From Candidatus Scatovivens sp. (GTDB lineage: Bacteria; Bacillota; Clostridia; TANB77; CAG-508): a stretch of DNA of 64,000 bases. A program made the position numbers and the translations under genes. This document shows positions 1-10,374 of this stretch, piece by piece; positions within the stretch are counted from its first letter, which is position 1, and each line of letters starts with the position of its first letter. Below the pieces are notes generated by a model. The model was not told the origin of the DNA. It saw only the letters and a program-made list of their open reading frames with translations, and did not search any database. The stretch covers positions 1 to 64,000 of the forward strand of contig JAZRKN010000007.1 in assembly GCA_045646345.1 (NCBI GenBank). Direction: 5' to 3'.

Positions 1-550
1 TGATGAAGTTACAAAAGAAATGCGCCGCATTGCTAAAGCAGTAAATTTCGGAATTGTTTATGGAATGAGTGCATACGGATTATCTGAAGATTTAAATATT
101 TCAGTTGTTGACCCAACAGATTTTATTAATCGATATTTCGCTATTTATCCGGAAATTAAACAATATTTAACTGATGTAGTAAATAAAACAATTGAAACTG
201 GATATACAACAACATTATTCAATCGTAGAAGATATATCCCTGAAATATTAAATAGCAATTATAATATACAAGAGTTTGGAAAACGAACTGCGATGAATGC
301 TCCAATTCAAGGAACTGCTGCTGATATTATGAAAATAGCAATGATTAAAGTTTATAATGAACTAAAAAATAGAAATTTAAAATCAAAGATTGTTCTTCAA
401 ATTCATGACGAATTAATAATAGAAACATTGGAATCAGAAAAAGAAGAAGTATCAAAATTATTAAAAGAATGTATGGAAAGTGCTGCAAAACTTTCGGTTC
501 CACTAACTGTTGAAGTAGAAGAAGGAAATAGTTGGTACCAAGCAAAATAA
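1..550 (+). CDS. polA: DNA polymerase I, C-terminal part (5' truncated by window edge)
   Basis: Family A motifs AKAVNFGIVYG, NAPIQGTAADIMK, LQIHDEL; frame open from the window start. Confidence 0.97.
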   Translation, partial: DEVTKEMRRIAKAVNFGIVYGMSAYGLSEDLNISVVDPTDFINRYFAIYPEIKQYLTDVVNKTIETGYTTTLFNRRRYIPEILNSNYNIQEFGKRTAMNAPIQGTAADIMKIAMIKVYNELKNRNLKSKIVLQIHDELIIETLESEKEEVSKLLKECMESAAKLSVPLTVEVEEGNSWYQAK

Positions 551-561
551 AAGACCAAAAG

Positions 562-597
562 AATTCAGGATAAAATTTAATTTTATCCTGAATCTTT
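562..597 (+). terminator. Intrinsic terminator after polA
   Basis: Inverted repeat TTCAGGATAAAA-N5-TTTTATCCTGAA followed by T-rich tract. Confidence 0.75.
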
Positions 598-665
598 GTA
601 TTAGAATATTATATAAAGTATAGAGTTGAAATTTAATAGCTTATTGAAAGAGAGGATGAATTATT

Positions 666-1511
666 ATGGGTAAAAATAATAAAAGTAAGAAGAAAAATTC
701 AATAGTAAAATTTCGTGAAAAGTATTTTGATAATTATTCAAAACGAAATATGACGATTTACCTTGTGTTAAGAGGATTGGTTATATTAACACTTATAAGA
801 CAAATTTTTATGGGGAATTTTAATAATGTTTTTTTATGTGCGCTAACGTTAATTTTATTTGTTATTCCTGCGGTTATTGAGAAAAAATTAAACTTGGCTC
901 TTCCGGATGCATTGCAAATATTAATTTTGTTATTTATATTTTCAGCTGAAATTCTTGGAGAAATCAATGAGTTTTATATTGTAATTCCTTATTGGGATAC
1001 AATATTGCATACTTTAAATGGATTCTTATGTGCTGCTGTTGGATTTTCTACAATAGACATTTTAAATCAAAAAGAATTTTTTCATGCCACTATGTCGCCG
1101 CTTTTTGTAGCATTAGTTGCATTTTGCTTTTCAATGACAATCGGTGTAATGTGGGAATTTTTTGAATTTGGTGCGGATCAGCTTCTTAGATATGATATGC
1201 AAAAAGATGTTATAGTAGATACTATTTCAACTGTAAAATTAGAACCTGACGGAAAAAACAAAGCTGTAGTAATTAAAGATATCGAAAAAACAATTATTCA
1301 AAGTAAAGACAAAGATGGTAAAATAAAAGAATCTGTGATTGAAGGTGGATATTTAGACATAGGTATAAATGATACAATGCAAGATTTGATAGTTAATTTT
1401 ATTGGAGCAGTAGTTTTTTCAATTTTAGGATTGTTATATATCAGAAATAGAGATAAATACAAATTTGCTGAAAATTTTATACCTAAAATGAAAAATAGTG
1501 TTATTAAGTAA
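666..1511 (+). CDS. Integral membrane protein (DUF2238-like)
   Basis: Several TM segments; WDTILH, WEFFEF and DTMQDLIVN motifs; GAGG RBS. Confidence 0.65.
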   Translation: MGKNNKSKKKNSIVKFREKYFDNYSKRNMTIYLVLRGLVILTLIRQIFMGNFNNVFLCALTLILFVIPAVIEKKLNLALPDALQILILLFIFSAEILGEINEFYIVIPYWDTILHTLNGFLCAAVGFSTIDILNQKEFFHATMSPLFVALVAFCFSMTIGVMWEFFEFGADQLLRYDMQKDVIVDTISTVKLEPDGKNKAVVIKDIEKTIIQSKDKDGKIKESVIEGGYLDIGINDTMQDLIVNFIGAVVFSILGLLYIRNRDKYKFAENFIPKMKNSVIK

Positions 1512-1607
1512 TATGCTTTTTAAAAGTCGAAGATGTTTACATAAACTTGAAAAAGTGGTGGAAATATGGTATAATAATAGTTAGTTGATAAAAATTTGGA
1601 GGTACTT

Positions 1608-3638
1608 ATGAAAATAAGAGATTTCTTCTCGACATTAAACTTCTCAATTTCAATTTTAAATGATAGAAATAATGAAGACGTAAGAAATTTTGAAGATAAT
1701 TTTGATGATATAATGAGAAACTCAATTGAATATATAAGAAGACTTGCAGATGATAATGCAGAAGCTTTATCTGATGAATATGATATAGATGATTTAGTTT
1801 TAGATGATTATGATTACATATCAAATGAGACTTTTCAAAATACTGACATTCATCCAATCGCTATGAAATATGTTGCATCTAAGTATTTAAATAATCATAG
1901 AGATATAATTCCAGGTTTAGAAAGAGAAATTGAAGAAAGAGGTTTGGTATTTTGTGAAGAAGAATCTTATACAGATGATTTTCATGAAAATTTATTAACT
2001 GCGTTATTATCTTTGAAACATGATTATAAAGAGAATTATGGAACTCTTCTTGAAGAGCTTCCAGAAGAAGTTTCAAGTATTTTAAGAATTGGAACTGATC
2101 CTGGAGAAAAAGATGCGGCTTTTAGAACTTTGCATAATAAATTTGGAAGTGCAACAATGGCACCATATGCTTTAAGAAGAAATGTTATGATGATGGGGTA
2201 TTATTCACTTTATGGACTTCAAGGATTAGATGATAAAACTGCTCCACAATCTACTTTAAAAATAAAAAATGCTTTTCATATTAAAGATTATATTCAAACA
2301 TATGTTGATAGATTAGAACCGGTATTTAAAAATGAAATTGTAAATTCTATTTTATCTATTGTATACCAGTTAGATAGATTCGGTGAGATATACGAAAAAA
2401 TCGAAGCCCATAATGATAGAATGAACAGATATGGATTACCAGGGTTAGGATACCAATCAGATGAAAAAGAAATATATCCAAACTTGCCAAGATTTGAACA
2501 ATTGATGACTGAAGAACTTTTAATGAAACAAAATGTAGAAGATTTATTGATATTAAACGTATTTTATAATAATAGATTCGCTAAAGTAATGAATGAATAT
2601 GCATTATCATTATTTGTAATTGGTAATTTGGATAGGACTCAAAGATATGTTGATGGAGAAGAATTAACAGTATCAAGATTATCAAAATCTACATTAAATA
2701 TGTTAATAACAAAATATCAAACATTAATCTTGCCGGTAAAACAATATTTTATTGAAGAACAAAGTAAAATTAGCAGTAATCCATATGTATTTATAGAAGA
2801 TGCGACAGAGTTAGAATTAGATTCTTCTTCAGAAGAGTCTAGAACTAAAAAAAGAATAGAATTAAATCCAAATGCATTTGTTAAAAGAATGTCAAAAGCT
2901 TGGAGAAATGATTATAGAGATTATTATAATTCTAGATTACCAGGTATAACTCATAACTTAGAAGATGATTTGCTTTTTACAAACATATTATACAATCCAA
3001 TATTTTTAAGTTATAATTTTAAATATGATAGTGTGAAAGCAGCATATGCATATTTGAATTATTTGTCTAATGAAGAACCAGATAGATCATTAAATTATGG
3101 AGTGGTTTTAGATAAAGATAATTTAAATAATGGAGTGAATGTTTTACTAGCATTTGATGGAAATTTAGATTCAACAGTTAAAGCTCATGTGAAAAAACAA
3201 ACATTTGAAGATTTTTTAGTTGCTCAAACTGGTTCGCTTGATGCAAGGGTTTTCGTAGGATTTGATGATTTCTTTATTGCAGGTGAATTTGCAACTTCAC
3301 AATTAGTTGCTCCTCAATGCAGGCAACGTGAAAAATTTATAAAAGGTTTAAGAAATGGAAGTGCAGTAAAAGAAAATCCATCAGCAAGAATTACACCTGT
3401 AAATGAAAAATTTTTGAATCACTTAGAATATAATGTAAATAAAACTAAATTTATGCCAGCCCATAAAGTTGTTATGACTACAAGAAATAAAAAAGGAAAA
3501 TTGGTACAAGATTCTGTTCAACCTGTTATTAAATGTAACATGAAAACAATGAAGAGATATATCAGAAATTATGAAGGAGAATTTATTGATGAGAATGAAT
3601 TTTATTCTCAAAAAGATTCTCAAGAAATAGAGGTATAA
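1608..3638 (+). CDS. Hypothetical protein, about 676 aa
   Basis: Long ORF, GGAGG RBS before ATG 1608, TTGAAA/TATAAT promoter upstream; no family recognised. Confidence 0.8.
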   Translation: MKIRDFFSTLNFSISILNDRNNEDVRNFEDNFDDIMRNSIEYIRRLADDNAEALSDEYDIDDLVLDDYDYISNETFQNTDIHPIAMKYVASKYLNNHRDIIPGLEREIEERGLVFCEEESYTDDFHENLLTALLSLKHDYKENYGTLLEELPEEVSSILRIGTDPGEKDAAFRTLHNKFGSATMAPYALRRNVMMMGYYSLYGLQGLDDKTAPQSTLKIKNAFHIKDYIQTYVDRLEPVFKNEIVNSILSIVYQLDRFGEIYEKIEAHNDRMNRYGLPGLGYQSDEKEIYPNLPRFEQLMTEELLMKQNVEDLLILNVFYNNRFAKVMNEYALSLFVIGNLDRTQRYVDGEELTVSRLSKSTLNMLITKYQTLILPVKQYFIEEQSKISSNPYVFIEDATELELDSSSEESRTKKRIELNPNAFVKRMSKAWRNDYRDYYNSRLPGITHNLEDDLLFTNILYNPIFLSYNFKYDSVKAAYAYLNYLSNEEPDRSLNYGVVLDKDNLNNGVNVLLAFDGNLDSTVKAHVKKQTFEDFLVAQTGSLDARVFVGFDDFFIAGEFATSQLVAPQCRQREKFIKGLRNGSAVKENPSARITPVNEKFLNHLEYNVNKTKFMPAHKVVMTTRNKKGKLVQDSVQPVIKCNMKTMKRYIRNYEGEFIDENEFYSQKDSQEIEV

Positions 3639-3926
3639 ATGGATAAAAGAGATTTTGAAACCAAACTAAAAAATAAAAGAATAAGAGAATGTGTTGATAT
3701 GTTAAGAGAAGAACTTCTTGACATATTAACAAGGATGATACAAAAACAGGACGAATATTTCAAATATTCTACAACAAAAGATTTAGCTAACAAAGCAAAA
3801 CAATATTTGCCATTAGAATATTCGGAAATTGCAAACGAATTATATTATTTTGATATAATGCATGAACTTGATGAATACAAACTAGATGAAATGTTAGAAA
3901 TGTATAAAATATTAGAAAATGAATAA
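3639..3926 (+). CDS. Small helical hypothetical protein
   Basis: ATG directly follows the upstream TAA; GAGGT RBS inside upstream gene; terminator follows. Confidence 0.7.
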   Translation: MDKRDFETKLKNKRIRECVDMLREELLDILTRMIQKQDEYFKYSTTKDLANKAKQYLPLEYSEIANELYYFDIMHELDEYKLDEMLEMYKILENE

Positions 3927-3933
3927 TTTTTTC

Positions 3934-3967
3934 AAAAGATATTCTTTTAAAGGATATCTTTTGTTTT
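3934..3967 (+). terminator. Intrinsic terminator
   Basis: AAAAGATATTCTT / AAGGATATCTTTT hairpin plus T tract. Confidence 0.75.
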
Positions 3968-3970
3968 ATG

Positions 3971-3999
3971 TTGACAAATTAAAGAAAATGGTGTAAAAT
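3971..3999 (+). promoter_or_regulatory. Sigma-A promoter of the metK leader
   Basis: TTGACA-17 bp-TAAAAT. Confidence 0.8.
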
Positions 4000-4012
4000 A
4001 GTCCAAGTAAAA

Positions 4013-4180
4013 TATTATCAAGAGTGGACGAGAGATTCGGCTTTATGACTCCACAGCAACCTATTTGATTTAGGTGCTAATACCGACAAAGCTACGCAAA
4101 AGAGATGTTGCTTTGAATGATGGTTATGAAAATAATGTTGTTCGAACGGCCTTATAGCGTTGCTATAAGGCTTTTTGTTT
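4013..4180 (+). promoter_or_regulatory. SAM-I (S-box) riboswitch with terminator
   Basis: TTATCAAGAG...GAGAGA-TTCGGC...GCAACC...GGTGCTAA...TGATGGT matches the SAM-I core; terminator GCCTTATAGC/GCTATAAGGC-T tract at about 4149-4180; upstream of metK. Confidence 0.92.
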
Positions 4181-4271
4181 TATATTTTATTTGTATAAAA
4201 TGAAATATAGATACTAAAAAGTAGCTAAATCAAGAAAATATATGAATTTTAAATTTTAGGAGGAAATTAAA

Positions 4272-5417
4272 ATGAAAAGATTATTTACTTCAGAAAGTGT
4301 AACAGAAGGACATCCAGATAAACTTTGTGATTATATATCAGATAGTATTCTAGATGCATATTTTGAAAAAGATCCAAATGCTAGAGTTGCCTGTGAAACT
4401 GTGGCTGGAAAAGGACAAATATTGGTAACAGGGGAAATTACATCATCTGCAAATGTTGATATTGAACAAATTGTTAGAAATACTGTAAGAGAAATTGGTT
4501 TTGACAACAGTGAAACAGATATTGATTATAAAACATGTAAAGTTTTATTAAATATCTCAAAACAATCTTCGGATATAGCTTTAGGTGTCGATAAATCATT
4601 AGAATCAAAAAAAGGTTCAAAAGAAGAATCAGAAGGCGCAGGAGATCAAGGAATGATGTTTGGTTTCGCAACAGATGAAACTGATGAATATATGCCAATG
4701 CCAATTTACTTAGCTCATAAACTTGCAAAAAGATTAACAGAAGTTAGAAAAAATAAAACAATTGACTATATAAGACCAGATGGAAAGGTTCAAGTTACAG
4801 TTGAATATGAAAACGATAAGCCAAAAAGAATTGATACAATAGTTGTATCAACACAACATGAAGCAACTGCTGATTTAGAAAAATTAAAACAAGATATTAA
4901 AGAATATGTTGTAAAGCCAATTGTTCCAGAAGAACTATTGGATGAAAATACTAGATATTTTATAAATCCAACAGGAAGATTTGTAATAGGAGGCCCTTTA
5001 GGAGATAGTGGATTAACAGGAAGAAAAATTATAGTTGATACATATGGTGGATATAGTCGTCATGGTGGAGGTGCTTTTTCAGGAAAAGATCCAACAAAGG
5101 TTGATAGATCAGCGGCATATATGGCAAGATATATTGCAAAAAATATTGTAGCTAATGGATTAGCTAAAAAATGTGAAATACAATTATCTTATGCGATTGG
5201 TGTTGCTCAACCAGTATCAATATATGTTGATACATTTGGAACAGGTAAAATTTCAGAAAATGAAATTGTTAAAAAAATAAAAAATACATTTAATTTAACA
5301 CCAAGGGGAATTATAAAAAGCTTAGATTTAAGAAGACCAATATATAAACAAACAACAAATTACGGACATTTTGGTAAAGAAAATTTACCTTGGGAAAAAA
5401 TAATTAAATTAGTTTAA
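4272..5417 (+). CDS. metK: S-adenosylmethionine synthetase
   Basis: [35 protein letters not shown] motifs. Confidence 0.98.
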   Translation: MKRLFTSESVTEGHPDKLCDYISDSILDAYFEKDPNARVACETVAGKGQILVTGEITSSANVDIEQIVRNTVREIGFDNSETDIDYKTCKVLLNISKQSSDIALGVDKSLESKKGSKEESEGAGDQGMMFGFATDETDEYMPMPIYLAHKLAKRLTEVRKNKTIDYIRPDGKVQVTVEYENDKPKRIDTIVVSTQHEATADLEKLKQDIKEYVVKPIVPEELLDENTRYFINPTGRFVIGGPLGDSGLTGRKIIVDTYGGYSRHGGGAFSGKDPTKVDRSAAYMARYIAKNIVANGLAKKCEIQLSYAIGVAQPVSIYVDTFGTGKISENEIVKKIKNTFNLTPRGIIKSLDLRRPIYKQTTNYGHFGKENLPWEKIIKLV

Positions 5418-5427
5418 AATAAAAATG

Positions 5428-5463
5428 AAAGTTAGTCTTAAATAAAAAAGACTAGCTTTTTTT
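5428..5463 (+). terminator. Intrinsic terminator after metK
   Basis: AGTTAGTCTT / AAGACTAGCT hairpin plus T run. Confidence 0.7.
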
Positions 5464-5633
5464 ATTTTATTACTAACTTGAAGTACAATGAGAATCAAAC
5501 ATGAAATTTATGCTTGTTATAAGGTTTTTTTAACATAATTGTAATATTGTAAATGTTGACTTTTGAAGTCTTTATTTATATAATTTACTTGAAAAATAAT
5601 GGAAAATTGTACGTAAGAGGTGGTAAAAAAACA

Positions 5634-7388
5634 ATGAGGAAAAAAATATTTGTTTCTATTTTAATAGTTGCAATAATATATATATTATTAGGATTTTGTG
5701 GAAATGGCGTTTTTGCTAATACTCCAGGAACTTTAACTTCAGATATAAATGGAGTTGATGAAAATAAATATCCAGGATATAAGAGTTTAATAAACGACAT
5801 GAAAGCAAAACATTCTAATTATGTTTTTTTAGTGTATTATACAGGAATGGATTGGAATGAAGTAATAACAACTGAATACAAAGGTCATGGGGTGAGTCCT
5901 CTAAATTTGTTTCAAGTAAGTTCTAAATATAATGGAATGTGGCAATGTCCACTTTGTGGAACTACAAAATATGATAACGGTTCATGGTGTTGTGCTTCTA
6001 GAGAAGCTTTATCGTATATGATGGATCCAAGAAATTCGATAAATGATTCAGATGTGTTTCAATTTAAAGATTTAGAAGGATCAGATGTTTCTTATGATGA
6101 TATAGCAAGAGTTGTAGCAAATTATGGACCTTACTTAAATAATCAAGAAGCTATACAAGCAATTGTTGATGCAAGTGTTCAATATAATGTAAATGGTTAT
6201 TTCTTGGTTGCAAAAATTGTTAATGAACATGGGAAAAATGGTTCGACTCTAAGTAACGGTCAAGGATACAATGGTAAATATGCAGGAGTATATAATTATT
6301 TTAATATAGGCTCTTATGGAAATGGTGTTGCAACAATAATAAATAACGGTTTGTCATACGCACAATCAAAAGGATGGACTTCAATTAGAGCTTCAATATT
6401 TGGTGGAGCAGAAGTTGTTAAAGAAAGTTATATAACAAGATATAGTCAAAATACATTATATTATCAAAAATTTAATGTATCTGGAAAATCACCAATTGCA
6501 TCACACCAATATCAACAAAATATAATGGCGGCGCAAAGTCAAGGAGCTAGTTTAAAACAATATTATGGTAATTCAAATACAGCAGAAACTTATACGTTCA
6601 TAATTCCACTATATGAAAATATGCCACAAGCAATTTCAGCAAGACCAGACCCAACAAAACAAAATACAATAACTTATGAAAATGGTATTGTTCAAAATGT
6701 AAGCACATCATTAAAAGTGAGAGCTTCTGCGAATGGAACTGCAATTGGTGCCTTAAATAATGGAGAATCAATAAAAATAATTCAAAGAGCGCAAAACAAA
6801 GTTGGAAATTATTATTGGGATTTAATAGTTTCAAATGTAGATGGAACTTATGGTTACGCAGCTAGAGAAGTTGGCGGAGAAGTTTGTATAGCATCATTAG
6901 GTACAACTGGTACATCTGGAGGAACTGCTGAAACACCAGCTACACCTGAAGAACCAAAAGAACCAGAAGAATCAGAAGAAATACCAGAAAATGTTGTAGA
7001 TTTAGAAAAAGACGTTGTTTTAAAAGAAACTGGCTACATAGATACACTTCCAAATGTTAATTATGAACATATATTAAAAAAATATGAAAATGCAGTTATA
7101 ACCGATAATAATGGAAATAAAGTTGAAGAAGGAAATTTAGGAACAGGCTATACAGTTACAATTGGAGAAGAATCTTTTAAGATTGTAAAAAAAGGTGATA
7201 CAAATGGTGATGGAGTTGTAACGGTTCTTGATGTTGTATATTTATTAAATGCAATAAAGGGAAATAGAAAATTAGAAAATGAATTTAAAGAAGCGGCTTG
7301 TGTTAAAAATGTAAATGAATTTAATGTATTAGATGCTGTTTATATGTTAAATTATATTAAAGGAACAATTAGTTTGAGTTTACAATAA
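5634..7388 (+). CDS. Secreted cell-wall hydrolase: glucosaminidase-like domain, SH3b and C-terminal dockerin-like domain
   Basis: Signal peptide; YMMDPRN, YNYFNIGSY, QNTLYYQKFNV, HQYQQNI motifs; SLKVRASA SH3b; GDTNGDGVVTVLD...FNVLDA duplicated dockerin motif. Confidence 0.8.
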   Translation: MRKKIFVSILIVAIIYILLGFCGNGVFANTPGTLTSDINGVDENKYPGYKSLINDMKAKHSNYVFLVYYTGMDWNEVITTEYKGHGVSPLNLFQVSSKYNGMWQCPLCGTTKYDNGSWCCASREALSYMMDPRNSINDSDVFQFKDLEGSDVSYDDIARVVANYGPYLNNQEAIQAIVDASVQYNVNGYFLVAKIVNEHGKNGSTLSNGQGYNGKYAGVYNYFNIGSYGNGVATIINNGLSYAQSKGWTSIRASIFGGAEVVKESYITRYSQNTLYYQKFNVSGKSPIASHQYQQNIMAAQSQGASLKQYYGNSNTAETYTFIIPLYENMPQAISARPDPTKQNTITYENGIVQNVSTSLKVRASANGTAIGALNNGESIKIIQRAQNKVGNYYWDLIVSNVDGTYGYAAREVGGEVCIASLGTTGTSGGTAETPATPEEPKEPEESEEIPENVVDLEKDVVLKETGYIDTLPNVNYEHILKKYENAVITDNNGNKVEEGNLGTGYTVTIGEESFKIVKKGDTNGDGVVTVLDVVYLLNAIKGNRKLENEFKEAACVKNVNEFNVLDAVYMLNYIKGTISLSLQ

Positions 7389-7455
7389 AAGTTGGGAGCG
7401 ATAAGCTCCCACAAGTAATGAAATATACATTTTATAAAAATAAGGAGGATACTAA

Positions 7456-8874
7456 ATGTATTGTACAAAATGTGGTAAAGAAATACCTGACGGAGAAAAG
7501 AAAATTTGTGATGATTGCGAAAAAGATTTATTACAAACTTTTGTCGCTGATGAAACAGAAAATGTTAAAGAAGAAGTAAAAGAGAAAAAAACTAAAAAAA
7601 CAAAAAAAGTAGCAAGTGAAGAAGAAAATGAATGGAAAGTAAAAGGAAAGAAAGATAAAAAGAAAAAAGGTTTAGTATCTGTGTTATTTATAGCTGTTCT
7701 TTTAGTGTTAATAATAGGTGGAGCTTTTGTTGTTTCTCATTTATTTACTAAAGGTGGAACCGAAGGAAATACAATTGGAAATATTAGAAACTATGGTTAT
7801 GCTGTAACAGATGGAGGAGATATATTCTATTTAGCTCCAAACGAAGATAGTAGTCAAATTGGTATTTTTAAAGTTAAAGCCAATGGAACAAATAAAGAAT
7901 TATTATATATGAGTGAAATGGATATAGTTTCTTTAAATGAGCATAAAAATTATTTGTATTTTATAGGAACTGGTACTGAACCACATTCAGATGTAGATGA
8001 ATTAGATAATAAAATCTATAGAATGAAGAAAAATGGTTCTGAATTAGAAGTATTAAATGATAACGAATTAAATAATGATTGTTATGAAATTTATGTAATT
8101 GGTAATTCAATATATTATATTGGTTTAAATGCTGAAATTTGCAAAATGGATTTAAATGGTTCAAATAAAACTGTTTTGGCAGATAACAAAACTGGATATT
8201 TAGGAGTTAACAAAGATTATATTTTATTTAACAAAGCTGGATCAGAAGATAATGCACAATTTGTAACTTATATAATGGAAATTGATGGTTCTAATCCAAG
8301 ACCTGTTATCGAAGGAAAAAGATTATATAGTGTAAATATTGAAGGTAAATATGTTTACTATTCAGATGTTGATAAAAAATTGTATAGAACAGAAATCGAC
8401 TCAAATGTAGAAGAATTATTATACGATAATATAGAAGCATATAATTTAAATACAAATAATGGATATGCATATTTCTTAAATTATCTTGATGCAGAAAAAG
8501 AAGATTATACAGTTTGTGTTTATAAAGTAAAATTAGATGGAACAACAAAAGAACCTGAATTAATTAAAAAACTAGACACATATTCTTCATTTATTGATAT
8601 AGTAGGAAAATGGGCAATTTATATGGATAGCAATAATGAAGCTGGTTTTATTAACTTAGTTTCTTTAGATGGAAAAGATGAAGTTGTAGAATTATATCGT
8701 TTAGATTATGCTGACTATTATGAAAAAATAGAATCAGAAGATTATTCAGATGTATCAGTAGATGCAAATGGGGAAGAAACAACAACTCCAGAAAATGTAA
8801 CAAATATAGTTGAAGAAAAGACAGAAGATAAGGCTGAAAATAAAGTAGATACTAATTCAAATAAAGTTCAATAA
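7456..8874 (+). CDS. Zinc-ribbon, single TM, DUF5050-like beta-propeller protein
   Basis: MYCTKCG...CDDC; one TM; GNTIGNIRNYG start and repeated IYRMKKNGS-type blades. Confidence 0.75.
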   Translation: MYCTKCGKEIPDGEKKICDDCEKDLLQTFVADETENVKEEVKEKKTKKTKKVASEEENEWKVKGKKDKKKKGLVSVLFIAVLLVLIIGGAFVVSHLFTKGGTEGNTIGNIRNYGYAVTDGGDIFYLAPNEDSSQIGIFKVKANGTNKELLYMSEMDIVSLNEHKNYLYFIGTGTEPHSDVDELDNKIYRMKKNGSELEVLNDNELNNDCYEIYVIGNSIYYIGLNAEICKMDLNGSNKTVLADNKTGYLGVNKDYILFNKAGSEDNAQFVTYIMEIDGSNPRPVIEGKRLYSVNIEGKYVYYSDVDKKLYRTEIDSNVEELLYDNIEAYNLNTNNGYAYFLNYLDAEKEDYTVCVYKVKLDGTTKEPELIKKLDTYSSFIDIVGKWAIYMDSNNEAGFINLVSLDGKDEVVELYRLDYADYYEKIESEDYSDVSVDANGEETTTPENVTNIVEEKTEDKAENKVDTNSNKVQ

Positions 8875-8886
8875 ATTTAATAAAAG

Positions 8887-8923
8887 AAAAGACATCAATT
8901 CGTTTTTGAATTGGTGTCTTTTT
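8887..8923 (+). terminator. Intrinsic terminator
   Basis: AAAAGACATCAATTC / GAATTGGTGTCTTTT hairpin. Confidence 0.75.
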
Positions 8924-9005
8924 ATAATGATTTGTAATTAAAAAACAAAAAAACCCTCGTTGGATGCAGTTGCATCTTTTGAGGGAGAGATTTATTCAAA
9001 ACGGT

Positions 9006-9485
9006 TTAAAAGATATAATGTGAATGGCTTATAGTTAAAGCATGATGTTTTCCGTCTGAATCAGTCCAAAGTTTTCTCAATGGACTAGTTATAATGTGTT
9101 CACCTTGCATAAATCCAATTAGTCTGAATGTTCTATCACCATTTGAAATTGCTTGTGCGACAATATCATATTTTTTGGGTACAATAATTTTAAGCTTACC
9201 ATCCAATTTTGATTTTGTTACTACTCCACCGCAGAATAATTCTCGATAATTAGATGGTTCTGGTGCTAGAATTAAAATACTATCATCAAGGCATACGATA
9301 GTCCAAGTAGTATCGGTATGTTGGTATGCAGCTTTAACATCAATACCGAAAGTAGTTTGTAAATCAGTGATTACTGCAATAAAATTTCCTTGACAATTTT
9401 TTGGATCTGTGAATTCATCAAAGTCTTTGCTTTGTGCGAATCCTCTTACAAAATGAGTTGTGTGGCTAATGTTGTTTTGTGTCAT
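9006..9485 (-). CDS. Hypothetical protein, 159 aa
   Basis: AAGGAG RBS, TTGACA-17-TATAAT promoter and downstream hairpin plus T tract on the minus strand. Confidence 0.75.
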   Translation of the reverse strand: MTQNNISHTTHFVRGFAQSKDFDEFTDPKNCQGNFIAVITDLQTTFGIDVKAAYQHTDTTWTIVCLDDSILILAPEPSNYRELFCGGVVTKSKLDGKLKIIVPKKYDIVAQAISNGDRTFRLIGFMQGEHIITSPLRKLWTDSDGKHHALTISHSHYIF

Positions 9486-9577
9486 AAAAATGAGTCTCCT
9501 TTATATCGGTCTCGAAAATGAGACGCAAAAATATTATACCACAGTTGACATAAAATGTCAAATAAAGCAAAAAAAAA

Positions 9578-9653
9578 TGGAGCTCATAGGCGGAATCGAA
9601 CCGCCGACCTACAGGTTACGAATCTGTTGCTCTACCAACTGAGCTATATGAGC
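9578..9653 (-). tRNA. tRNA-Thr(CGT)
   Basis: Reverse complement GCTCATATAGCTCAGTTGGTAGAGCA...TTCGTAA...GGTTCGATTCC...TATGAGCTCCA folds as a 76-nt cloverleaf with CCA. Confidence 0.95.
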
Positions 9654-9791
9654 GTAAAAACATTATAATATTTGTTGTTTTAAAAATCAATAAATTTTAT
9701 TAGAATTTTATTGAAATAGCAAGATTAATTGTTGAAAAAAATAGTTAATAAATATATAATGAATCTAGAAAATTATTTTTAGGAGGGATAT

Positions 9792-10358
9792 ATGCATACA
9801 GAATTTGAAGTTAGAGTTTTAGATGTAGACGAGAAGAAAATAATTGAAAAATTAGAAAATTTAAATGCAAAAAAAATTGCTGATTTTGATTATAAAAGAA
9901 GAGTATATAATTTTAATCCTCCAACCGATCATAAATGGATAAGATTAAGAACTGATGGAAAAAGAACAACTTTAACAATAAAGAAAATTGAAAGTTTCGA
10001 GATTGATGGAACAAAAGAGATGGAAATAGAAGTTTCAGATTTTGAAGAAACAAATAAGATGCTAGAAGAGTTAGGGTATAAAGCTCATACATATCAAGAA
10101 AATAAGAGAACAAGATATGTTTTAAATGATGTTGAATTTGATATAGATTCATGGCCATATATTCCAACATATTTAGAAATTGAAGGGAAAAATGAAGAAA
10201 CAGTAAGAAATATGCTAAAACTTTTAGAAGTTGATAAAAGTAAAACAACAAGTCTAGATGTACAAGGAGTTTTTAAAGAATTTTATAATATAGATATTGC
10301 CAAAGTTCCAATTGTAAAATTTGATGAACCTTTAGATAAAAAATATTATTTAAATTAA
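9792..10358 (+). CDS. CYTH domain (class IV adenylate cyclase-like) protein
   Basis: N-terminal EFEVR, WIRLR, YLEIEG motifs. Confidence 0.85.
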   Translation: MHTEFEVRVLDVDEKKIIEKLENLNAKKIADFDYKRRVYNFNPPTDHKWIRLRTDGKRTTLTIKKIESFEIDGTKEMEIEVSDFEETNKMLEELGYKAHTYQENKRTRYVLNDVEFDIDSWPYIPTYLEIEGKNEETVRNMLKLLEVDKSKTTSLDVQGVFKEFYNIDIAKVPIVKFDEPLDKKYYLN

Positions 10359-10374
10359 CAAAGGAGAAAAAAAG

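Noticed and set aside
7393-7411. GC hairpin TGGGAGC-N5-GCTCCCA as a REP element
   Set aside because: Single copy in the window; more simply an mRNA stem-loop
9460-9642. 60-aa + strand ORF
   Set aside because: Antisense to tRNA-Thr; the GIEPPT peptide is a tRNA shadow
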